From Tubiluchus corallicola (taxonomy: Eukaryota > Animalia > Priapulida), in NCBI GenBank assembly GCA_030141605.1, contig JAQGDQ010000448.1, forward strand, positions 1-64,000: DNA of 64,000 nt, written 5' to 3'. Both the position numbers and the translations under genes were made by a program. Positions 52,954 to 64,000 of this stretch are shown piece after piece (position 1 is the first letter of the stretch; every line of letters begins with the position of its first letter). Below the pieces are notes generated by a model that was not told the origin of the DNA, searched no databases, and was given only the letters and a program-made list of their open reading frames with translations.

Positions 52954-55448
52954 TCAGCTAGGCTCCCTGATCCTCAAGGCGTTGTAGTCAAGCGTTACCG
53001 CTCGGCAGCCTCCCTCAGGGTCTGTACTGTAGAAAACGCCCCCCTGCAAAGAAGCACAAAAAATTTAGCATGTACAAAAGGAACATATTAATTCAGCCCG
53101 CACTGGTTCACTGGCAATTACATACTTTTAGGCAGTGATTAGATTTCACAAATATCCAAGGCAAAAACTACCAGAGAAATGTATAACCTGCAAAGTTGGT
53201 ATTCCTATAAGCGAGGCAAATTCAAAAGCAATCTTTTTCACATGTTACCGAAACGGTTTGACGATTTCACTTTCAGTGTAGTTACGCTTTCGTCAAAAAG
53301 TATCAAGTTTCGCAGACGAATGCTTATTTTTTCTCCTAGACGTTAAAAATCACTAAAATTTTTTGCGAAAATAGTTCAAATAAAGCGTAAATGTCGTTTA
53401 TTTAACTTTTGTAGCATTTTGTAACTTTTTAGGGTAATCTCCAGTGTTGGCAACTGTGAAGCTTTAAGGTCTCCAGGCACAATCAACAGAAATATCGAAG
53501 TGTAACTTGAATAAAACCAAGTCTAATTTTGTAATTTATGAAATACAGCCAAAATCACAATAACAAAATGAAATGTGTCAATGTTCTTGAAGTTTTATGA
53601 TCTTTAACAATAAACATTGTTGTACTTTTTTTGATTAGGACTTTTTGCCTAGCTACCTCATCGAGGTTGTACTAGAGCAAATATAAGCAAATAAGCAAAC
53701 ACAAAGTATTTTATTTATTTCAAAATTAATTTTCAGATTTGATAGTAGTTGGTTTTGCAAAAATGATTTCAGTTCGATTCCGTTATTGGTTGTGTGTTTC
53801 ATAAATTTCGGTTCCGATTTGTAATTTCATTTTCAGTAACATCCCTGCTATTATGACCTAACATTTTTTGCTGCGCCTGTAGCTTTAAATGCCTTGCATG
53901 GGGCAGAAAGAGAGATTGCTAAACTTGACCAAAAAGCGAAGCAAAGAATGGGTGCCATGTTCTAATACAAATGCTATGGTCTGCTGTATGGCAAACAGTG
54001 GGTGCCACGTAATACAATACAAAAACTGCATTCAATTTTATGGCAAAAACACCCATTGAGTGACACAATTTGGAAGTATTTGCAGACTGACAATTTCTCT
54101 CTGTAAAAGTGTGGCAGTTAATTCAATGACTGTGCCACACTTGCATTTTTATAATGTTTGGCATAAAATTTTATAATCACTTTCCATGTTAGTGTAATAC
54201 CGCCATGATTCAGGTTTTAAGCCACGTTTTTTTTTATAAAATGCTCATAATCCATAAATCATAATCAGTCGATAGGGATTTAGCAAATATGGTATTTATG
54301 CCTTCTAGTACTACTTTTCCAAAAACGCTATAAATAGTAAATAAACTTGAAAAAGGCACTATCAGCATATCAAGAGGCAGAATTTTACATCATTGCTACA
54401 CTCTATTGTTCCCACGAAGGCCAAATGGGATTAATAATTTTTTAAGGCTCATTTTGCCAATGGTTGTCCAAACGAGTCTTAAATTGTGTTATAGTGGTAG
54501 ACTTATATACACTTGAAGGTAGATTGTTCCAAGCATTTATCATTCTTTGGCAAAATATGTTACGCCTCTTGCTCTATCCTACTTGCAATTTTGTCTTATG
54601 CAATTTTAACAAATGCCCCATTGTCCTCAGTGTACCCTATATTCATATGTGCCTGTCCAAGTGCACCGCGTCTCTCCCATGAAGTGCTCTGTATTATATC
54701 ATGCCTGTTTCACCTGTATTTCTATGTGACTAGTCCCAACTCCTTGAGAAGTTGTGGGTAATCTTTCCCTCTCATGCTTAGATTAGAAATAATTTGATTG
54801 CTTTCCTTTGTGTTCCCACATATCAACTTCAATAACTGCTAAGGTTATAGTGACACATAGACTGATAAAATGTTAATAAAGCGCAATTAGAGTGACACCC
54901 TCAATGGCAACTGTTGGCTAGTCACTAAACCATTCAATGGTATATTGCCAGGCAAACTATTCCACTCCTTCACTAATCACTACCCCAAGAGCAACCACTA
55001 CTCACATCTCTACCTGTAGTTTCACTAGTTACGACCCCAAACTCTTACAGGTTTACTAACCCGATAAAGTAAGCATTTACCAATATCAACATTACCAAGA
55101 GATCACTCTAAATCATGAAAGTAAAGCCAGATTGGACTGTAGAAAATATTTTTTCACAGAAAGTAGTCAGAGAGTGGAATTTACTGCTAAAGCTTCTTCA
55201 GTGAATAACTTCAAGAACTACCTGGACAGATATCAGACATCTAGATTCGAAATATGGGGTTACACTGAGCTGGCCGGATTAACCTCCATCACTCTCATGT
55301 TTTATGAGTGGCAGTATGGTGTGATTACGGTAAAATTTCATGTTTCTAATGCCAGTACTGACATTCTCCATCCTGTAAAATATTAATAAAGTAATAATAC
55401 CTGAGCGGAATGCCACCTGCAGATGTCTGGTTTTTCTAGGCACGGAAT
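52954..55448 (-). promoter_or_regulatory. Mirrored AUU-initiated ODC uCC; exons 55448-55401 and 53043-52954
   Basis: Reverse complement of 2991-3038 and 5396-5485. Confidence 0.85.
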
Positions 55449-58400
55449 TTTCAAATTTTGTTATGATCAACTTCCTGAAACAGTAACACTTTCACAAATA
55501 TAACAATTGAAAGAATTTGATTGCTCAAGATTACACCATTAGTTAGTAAATGGCGGCCAAGGCAGGACTGATTGAGTCCGGCGGATATATGTATTAGAAC
55601 GCACGGGAAAAGAAAGACGCAATGGTTAGTGTCGGTCTGCGCACTCTGCATTTGACAACCAAAGATAATAGATTAATTGATAATTAGATTTCAATTCAGA
55701 TTTGGATTTGTTTTCCCCTGCTATGAATATTGAATATAAACTCAAAGAAGGAGAGGCGAACAAACTGAAGATTTTTTAAACCGGCCATCCTAACTTTATA
55801 AATTAAAATTGTTGGGTAGGGGATATTATGTAAATTCACATGCATATTAAAACAATCTCTTATTAGGCATTAGGAATAACAGAAAAAATGGAGGTAACAA
55901 AATTGTATTGTAAATAGTTAAAACTGCAAACACTAGTACAACAAAAAGTGCTATGCCAATTAAAATTTATAGTACATATGCAGGCATAAACGATAGTAAA
56001 GCACAGAATTGGCTATACATAATGCATCATCAAGATAAAAAATAGTTGACTAAACCTTACGTATCATAACTGATTTATTCAGTTGCCTACGTTTAGTAAA
56101 TAGAAAATTCAATTATTTTTGTACATAATTAATAGAAAAAGGAAAAAGTACTTATATATATATAATATATGTATATATATATATATATATGGTGGAGATA
56201 GTATCCAAGCAATGTAAATTATTATTTCTTTTTGCTTTTGTAAAGTTTAGTACCAAGGACTTTTCTTTTTTAACTACTTCCTTAAGTGCATATGAAATAG
56301 TTATTTTTTATATTTCCTTGGTTAGAGAATTGGAAGAAAACAGTCACATATTTACATGTTATGTATCATAAATTGCACTTATTTTTAAAAGAAAAATACG
56401 GATTATGGTAATTTTGCTATTTATGAATTAAAGAGTACCTGTGATAAAAAAAACTTCAGAGATCACACGAAAAACACATAGGAATGAGTAAACGAAAACA
56501 TAAAATTAGTTAACGCATGTTTCCAAATAGGACTAAAGTATCTTGCAATTCGTGATTCGTCATAATTATGAAAAACATAACGGTCATTTAGGGCTGGAAA
56601 TTACTCACGTGCATCCATTATAATCATTATCATCATAAATACGATTAACGACCCAAATGGAACTCAGTAAAGCACGACAAAAACATGCCTTCTATGTATA
56701 GGACACATGCCACACAAAGTAAAAACATTCACTTATATTTCAGAAACAAAATGATAAATGCTTTATTCATGGATCAAATATTTTATTGGATCTTTATTTT
56801 ATTTATTGCAAGCATGCTTACTGTTTTCATATTCATGAAATTAATTTTCCTTGCTAAAACCCAAAGACCAACTTACTGAAATATTGCTGTCATCACATAA
56901 CTTTTCATAGATTGATTATAATAAAATTCAAAATTCAAACACATCGCCTAAAAGTTATTCTTCACATCTGTAGTGTACCTTCTATTGCCTCCATTACTTG
57001 TGCCCACGCGTTAATTCTTCCTCTTTTTGTATTACTATTTTTGTGTTCTAAAGTGTTGTTAGGCATTATAGATGCAAATGAGGTGATTAAACGCAGCTTC
57101 TAACAAATATTTCTGTGTATAAATAACTAGGGTCGTGCAGAATCGAATAAAGGCTCTGGTTAGATAGTAAAAATAGACCTTTCTGTAAAACGTCAGAATC
57201 AGAGTCAGCAAATGAAATGACTCAGAGTGAGCATTGATGATGGGTCGACCCACTTATTGACCAGCCTCAAGAAAATTTATGCAGCTAACAGCCTATTTAA
57301 CAGTACTTATCCTGCTTAATAATGAACATACATCAATGTACAATGTAATTAGTGCATATGACGTACTTCAAGTAGCATAACAGAGTGAAAGAAATAACGA
57401 AAAGGGCGGAATGTTGCCAACAAATAAAATAGGTCCTTAAAATCGTAGATCCATGCCAGATGGCCATTCTCCGTCCTAGTCTGTGTGTGATATTTATGGG
57501 AGAATTTACCAAAAGAATTTACTAATTTGGCACATTTCTATAATATCTATGACATAGATATTAAGGGAACTATTTTTTCTATTGTTTGTTTCTTGCGTTA
57601 CCAACAGAGGACGCAACCACTTCGGTGCGTGAACGAGGAGAGATTTTTCGCGAATTTGTGTTGTCGGCGTGCATGCTTGTTCGGAGTTAATTTAGTTAAT
57701 ATTGAGAAGTCACTATTTTTGACTCCCCGAATATTTGACGAAATTATTAAACCATTAATAAAATAAATTAACTAGCTGCCGTTATTCAAGGTCTTGTAAA
57801 CAGCTGTAAGGCATACTTGTAGTAAGTAGATGTGTATTGTTTATGCATTTGAACAGTTGAAATTGAACTAATATTATAATTCTATAAATATATTATATAA
57901 TAATATTGATGTATGAAGTCATTTATACCTAGAATCTAGATATTTAAGTGCGTTCTAGGAAAACGCGACGTTAAGTGAATCGTCGTTAAACGTTCATAGA
58001 AAGCATTGCACTGACTTCTATAGAAAACAGTATATAAATATTCATATACACTGATGGCACGTGCTGATTTAATACAAAGCTTCTAATATCATCAAAGAGA
58101 TTGATACTGTGGATGTTTAAAACTGCTTCATATTTTAGACCCATACGGGGACCAGAACAGAGCGAATTTGGGTTTAAGGAAATATTTCTTTTCGGGATGT
58201 CACGAATCTTTGATAGAACCAGAGCTTCGAAACCAAATCCGAATCTGAGCTTTGATCCGATTCAATTTGCTGAAGTTCTAAATTACTTTAGTTCCGACCC
58301 AATTCAGCAGAAACTTGAAAAAAATCTGGTTTAGCTTCGGCAACAGAGGCGATTCGGTAGCACTTTATTATAAAATTATTATATTATAATTATTATATTA

Positions 58401-58519
58401 TTAATAATATTAATATAACTATTAATTATAATATCAGTAATCCAGCTAAACTTAATATAAAACAGTATCGTACTAGATACAACGAATACACTATTAATTT
58501 TTCAAGAACTAATGTTGGC

Positions 58520-58615
58520 AAACACTTTATTTCCACTAATGGCCCTACAACTTGGAATAAATTACCCGAATGTATTAAAACCTCAGTGTCAATTCATAAA
58601 CTAAAGAAAGATCAT
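58520..58615 (+). mobile_element. LINE (L2/CR1-group) ORF2 extreme 3' fragment
   Basis: Translates FISTNGPTTWNKLPECIKTSVSIHKLKK (GP..WN.LP..IK..S pattern). Confidence 0.55.
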
Positions 58616-59719
58616 TAGATCTTTGATCTAAAGAATTGATCACTTTTAATGTGTGGATGTATAATGTGTATACCAATATTACTTCACAGCATGTACATGC
58701 GAACACTGACAACTGTCAAGTCATCCCTATAAAACTTTATAATATAATTGGCAATCAATTGTGCCTCTTTTTATTTTGTTATTTTATTCTTATTTTTGTT
58801 CTTATATTCATGCTTTGGAAATATTATCATGACTTAATCGTCGTCATAACATCATCGCGTTAACATCTGTCATTCATGTATTCCTCATCAACATGCTGAA
58901 TTTCTACCTTCTGTACTTTGTCCTCATTCTAGAAAGAAAGTTTGAGTGAGTGAGTGAGTGAGAGATCATTTAATACATTTCTGTTTTGTTTTTCAAATTT
59001 CAAATTTACCATTAATCTGAGCAGCACCAACATAAGATTTTCTTCCTGGTGTTACTGGTACTGTCCAGAGGCATAACAGTTGCCTCAATAAAAATTATAA
59101 TTTTATATTAATGTTTTCTGTGTCAAAATTTATGTTTTAATTTAATGATTGTGTAAACTATCATTGTAAACTTATATGCTCATGGTAAATATAGCAATAA
59201 ATTCTGTGCAATAAGTATTATGTGCTCATTTACCATTAAATATTTCGGCAAAATTCTGAAATCGCTGCCTTTTTTGATAATTTTGCTCTACTTGAAATAC
59301 ACCAACGCCAGCATATTCAGTTTCAGCATGTGTCCAACTCATGCAGTCCTATGCGGAAGTATGCATACGATTTTAACTGCTACTTTCAACAAAAATGCAA
59401 AGATTTCTCATATTACTTTGGCAGAATGTGATTTTGGTAACAACACACGATGTGGCTTAGACGATCGTGGATTTTGTCATCCACATTACAGGACTCACGG
59501 AGTATAGGTAAAAGCACCCCAAGGAATTTTTTGACTAACAGATTATTTTATATTGTTAATCGTCGACAGAAAAAATCTGTTACAAAATAATTAGATAATC
59601 TATATTCTTTATTATTGCAGAATTACTGTCAAACGTGATGCTCAGACAGGTCATCTGTAATCTTCGTGAAAAACACTACAGTCTGCCATAATTTGGTTGA
59701 AGACTGCGTTGATTTGAAA

Positions 59720-59865
59720 AAGATTCGGTTGAAAGAACTAACTGAGATTCGAAAATAATTTGGTTTCGAAAATTATTTTAAGCTGAGATTCGGATTAGAT
59801 CCAAATTCGAAAAAGAAATTCGGTGCAAACTCCGATTCGGTAATTTCACCTTCGTGACATCCCTA
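59720..59865. mobile_element. Relic hAT/MITE end
   Basis: Repeated GATTCGG/TTCGAA motifs ending in TTCGTGACATCCCTA (reverse complement TAGGGATG.., an Ac-like terminus). Confidence 0.55.
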
Positions 59866-59879
59866 ATTTCTTTAAATAG

Positions 59880-59960
59880 CCATAGGATAATTGATTATTG
59901 GAATGGATTACCTCAAAAGGCTGTGGAAGCTGTTACAGTTAATCGGTTTAAACAGGCCCA
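59880..59960 (+). mobile_element. CR1-type LINE 3' fragment
   Basis: Translates RIIDYWNGLPQKAVEAVTVNRFKQ. Confidence 0.55.
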
Positions 59961-60295
59961 TTTAAACATTTGCTAATTTCACTGAAGAATGGAATTTAAA
60001 TTGGATTCACGAGAAACAATTTTACAAACACTGAGTTTCTTCATCACCATGATAACAGTAGTATCCTTAGTTACTTTATGCAGCATGATACCTATAAGCC
60101 TGTTTGTTTTTGCTCAATGTGTATATCTTATATTATATTGTCAGTGTAATTATATATAAAACGTTGAATAGTAAGTGAGTATATTATGTAACCCAGTCTT
60201 GGGTTCTTTACACATTAGGCTGCCAATTAAAGCTGCAATAAATGGAAATAATAATGGGATAGCTGGAAAAGTGATTTACAGCAATGTGGCACATT

Positions 60296-60405
60296 GCAAG
60301 TACAGTGACGAGTGCTCACTTGCAAGTCACAGTGGCGAGTGCTCACTTGCAAGTCACAGTGACGAATGCTCACTTGCTAGTCACAGTGACGAGTGCTCAC
60401 TTGCA
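60296..60405 (+). repeat. 27-bp minisatellite, ~4 copies
   Basis: Unit GCAAGTCACAGTGACGAGTGCTCACTT with single-base variants. Confidence 0.92.
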
Positions 60406-60985
60406 GGTTTCAGCAAAGTAAAGTAACTCGTTCTTTCAAGTCACAGCAACATGTCGTAAGCCTTACCATAACCTCATTTCACTAGCGAGCTGATAGTAGT
60501 CATTTGCTATTGCAGCGATTAAACTACAGTCCGGAACTCCCTCATTTATTTGCAACATGATAGTTTCACGGAAGTCAAGTGTAGTGTGTAGGGGCAAGAA
60601 GTGAAGCTTGTAGTGGTCTTGCCCTTTCTATCCACATTTTTATTCATTCAAAAAGTTATTGTATGCTCTGATCAGTCTTTAAGTTTATCTCCCTGTGGAA
60701 TTGCAAATCGCCGTCATGGATTATTGCAAATGATCCAAGCAATCGACTGTAGATTAGCATTCAGAAATATGAATGTTCTCGTAACGAGACAAAGGAAGCT
60801 TTACGGAAAAACTCATTTTGATGTCACAGAAATGGTACAGGTTAAAATTTGTCTTGTGGTCTATTGAAGTTTTGTGTACATTAGAAGGAGACTGTGAGAT
60901 ATATACAAATTTGGTGTATGTACAGTCCTTTTCAAGTTTTTCTTATAATAGAATTTCCCATGTTGTTTTGTGTTCCAGGTAGAAT

Positions 60986-61480
60986 ATGACGTCTGAAGTG
61001 ATTCCACCACCTGTTGTATGGGCACAGAGGAAAGACATACTCATAGTTACCATACAAGTTCCAGACTCTGTAGATCCGGTTATCAAATTAGATGCCGATA
61101 AACTCTTTTTTAAAGCCGTAGGTGGTGACTTAAAGCATTATGAAATAACCATGGAATTTTTTGAAGACGTTGATACTGACAAATCCCGATATAAAGTATT
61201 GCCGCGACAAATAGAATTCTACCTCAGAAAGAAAACGGAAGGTCCATTCTGGAAGCGGTTATTGAAAACCGATGTGAAAGCACATTGGCTGAAAGTTGAT
61301 TTCCAGCGGTGGAAAGATGAAGATGATTCTGATGATGATGAGTTTGATAGAGCCCAGAACTTAGATGAAATGATGCGGCAGATGGGTGGGTTAGGCAGTG
61401 TCGAGAAACCTGATATGGACGACCTTGACATGGACGGAGAAGATAGCGATGATGAACAACTGCCTGATCTGGAAGACTGA
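60986..61480 (+). CDS. PTGES3: Hsp90 co-chaperone p23 / cytosolic prostaglandin E synthase 3, 164 aa, single coding exon
   Basis: CS domain with P.V.WAQR, GPFWKRLLK and WLKVDFQRWKDEDDSD, then MMRQMGG and an acidic tail ending DSDDEQLPDLE. Splice acceptor TTCCAG 7 nt before the ATG. Confidence 0.93.
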   Translation: MTSEVIPPPVVWAQRKDILIVTIQVPDSVDPVIKLDADKLFFKAVGGDLKHYEITMEFFEDVDTDKSRYKVLPRQIEFYLRKKTEGPFWKRLLKTDVKAHWLKVDFQRWKDEDDSDDDEFDRAQNLDEMMRQMGGLGSVEKPDMDDLDMDGEDSDDEQLPDLED

Positions 61481-64000
61481 CCGACCATTATCAGTGAAAT
61501 ATTTTATATACACGTGATAGACACACTACAGTTAGTTTGTGTTTGTTTACTTGTAATGACTTTGGTGCTCAAGTCAAGAAGAAATGTTCTAAATTATTGC
61601 CAATCTCGTGATCCAATTTTAAAAATTTCATTATGGGCACAGTTTCTGTAAAATATTTCTAAGTGGCAAAGTTTTTATAAATTATATTTGAAAACTTCTT
61701 GGTCCATTCATTCAGGAAATTATGTTGTTTGCTCATCATCATGAAGAAAATAGGGTTTCTTCTTATACTGGAATGAAATAGATAGTTAAGCACATTTTAA
61801 GTTCACAAATTCTAATTTAAGGTATTAATCGGCTGAAGTCTGAATTCTCAAGGTTTTCTTAACATTGTGGCTAGGTATGTAGTCGTGTAAGTATTTTTGT
61901 ACAATGGCTATCTAAGAAGGAGGCCCCGATGCTTGTCTTTGCGAGAATTTTTTTGAATGTGTCATTCTGATGTAATCATTCTTTAATGTAATTCATTCTT
62001 TCAAAACAATGCTTACACTAAGATATTTTAGAGTACAGGCCATTCTGAGCGAAGTTTTGAAACTATTAAGTAAGTGAACACCTGGCGACACCATACAGTC
62101 ACGCTGCAGACTTTAAAGTGGCTTGATTGATGGGAGAAAGTAGCAACTAAGAAGCGACTATTATCATTAGTAGAAGTTGGCAATTGTTAGCTGCTGTTAA
62201 AGGAGTCACTCAAGCAATGTTAGACTATCTGAAGTTTTTGAAATAACTGCTACTTTCTGATGTTTATTCAGACATTTATAAAACTATGTTATGCCTGTAC
62301 ACATATTAAGAGAAACTGTAATTTGAACAAGGATTGACTTTGCTGCTATCATTTAAGTATCAGACACGTAGTTATATCTTTAACTTTAATGTAACTAAAT
62401 TTAACGGTAATGATAGTTTTTTCAGCCCAGTGCTAATTACACTAAATATGTGTTTGATTTCAACAAGAATGTTGATAATATTGTGTAATGCATATAATAG
62501 TAGTTGAATAATGTGTATTTTAGTTCTTTGTTCAAATGCTTATCTTTGGCTTAATAACTAAGACAGTTTGTTTGGTGATGCTACATTAATTACGTTTTAG
62601 CATCATTTGTAGTTAAAAGATGTTTGTAATTGTTCTGTTTGTTCGTGTGCTGTGTAATTCGTTTTTCATGACTTGGAGTCATTGCAGTGTAAATGGTTGA
62701 ACAAAATTTTTTTCATGTAATAATAATTATGACAAGTTTTACCTTGGATGGTTGTACTTCATGTTGAAATATCAATACCTTACAACCAAGAAGAGGATTA
62801 AGTCTGTCTTTTTAAAGTCAGTTTTTGACCAAAATGCGAAGTAAATGTCTGCTATTCTAACTTTGAAGGATAGTTAATGTAATCGCCATTGGTCAATTTC
62901 GTGAAAATTAATAATAAAAATCACACACAATATTAATAGTATATTGTATTATCAGTACTAATCTTTGCCTTTTTAGATTTCCAAATTTGGCAATGCTAAG
63001 TATATTTAAATTTCATTAGTTGTGCTTTATTACAAGTTGCATTGCCTATGTACGTGGCGCCATCTTCATTTCATAAAGGGAAATACCAAAATGTACCTTA
63101 AATTAAATTCCATCTGTTTACTGATACGTTATGATAAAAATTACACAGATGAGTATTGCAGGAAGTAACAAGAAAAACACTACAGAAACATTTATAGTAC
63201 TCTAAATAACAAAAACTAATGAAGTTACATTTTTTAGTTATATTTTTATTTCAATTGATAAAAACGTGGTGTTGTGCTTCAATTTGTGCTGACAGGTGCT
63301 GTTTCATAATACGATTTTTTTAACATTATTGCTTAGTATTTAGTAGCTTGACAGGTTCATATTTTATGCGTTGATGATATTTTCAATTATCATAAAATAT
63401 TGCTTTTGTCTATATTTTTTGCAAAGCTTACTGTTTAAGATCGGCCTGATGCAACATTTATGTAGTAAAAATTACTAAAAAAATATAAACTTTTAATAAC
63501 AATTCCATTTCATATGAGAATAATTTCAGCAAACAATAATTATTAGAATTAAAGTATTAAAATAATAAAAAACTATTTGTTGGAATTTTAACAAAACTGT
63601 GAAAACGAGAATTCCCAAATAAACACACTTTTTTGAGATTATAATACGCAGTATTTTATTGGACATTAATAAACGTATTACTGCATTTCGTGTATTGTTT
63701 CCTTAATGTTACAAATTTTTTGTTTATTTTAAATAGATCACTGTTAATTGGAGTTTACCTAGTGTCCGGATGCGCGCGTGTTTTCACCTGCGGAAACAAT
63801 CTATAGTAATAGTTGTAGTAAAAGAACAACGCATACGCAGGCTGCATAAACGGGGGCATTTAAAAAATATACGTTTTACCTATTATGCACCCCCCCCCCC
63901 CAAATAAGAAACGTATGCGCATCCGTAAACGCCAGTAGCAGCCATAAAGCCCATTAGTTACCCATATAAATAAATTCAAATTTATTTCAATTCTCTACAA

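Larger units (their letters stand above)
29332..58436. repeat. Right arm of giant inverted duplication (includes an arm-specific hAT insertion)
   Basis: Reverse complement of 26370->3 apart from scattered SNPs, small indels and the insertion at 30064-32817. Confidence 0.98.

Noticed and set aside
60175-60426. 83-aa ORF with SHSDECSLA repeats; CRISPR-like appearance
   Set aside because: Product of the 27-bp tandem repeat. No spacers, no cas genes, eukaryotic context.
63839-63927. Possible small MITE with G and C runs
   Set aside because: Termini match poorly and no TSD could be identified.

Overview
AT-rich, intron-rich animal (probably invertebrate) genomic DNA. Most of the window is one giant near-perfect inverted duplication: left arm ~3-26370, unique spacer ~26386-29316, right arm ~29332-58436. 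Each arm carries a 9-exon ornithine decarboxylase gene (442 aa), a 3-exon FBXL15 gene (298 aa) and a 5'-truncated glucokinase-regulatory-protein (GCKR/MurQ-like) gene. A 2746-bp defective hAT transposon with an 8-bp TSD is present only in the right arm, and the left arm keeps the empty site. Outside the duplication lies a p23/PTGES3 co-chaperone gene with an intronless CDS. The best hidden element is a spliced, AUU-initiated upstream coding region (45 codons, ending DYNALRIREPS-stop) in the ODC 5' leader. It is absent from the ORF track and resembles the polyamine-sensing uCC of ODC/antizyme-inhibitor mRNAs. The palindrome may be real or may be two haplotypes mis-joined head-to-head; the sequence alone cannot decide this. 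All exon structures and comparisons were read by eye.
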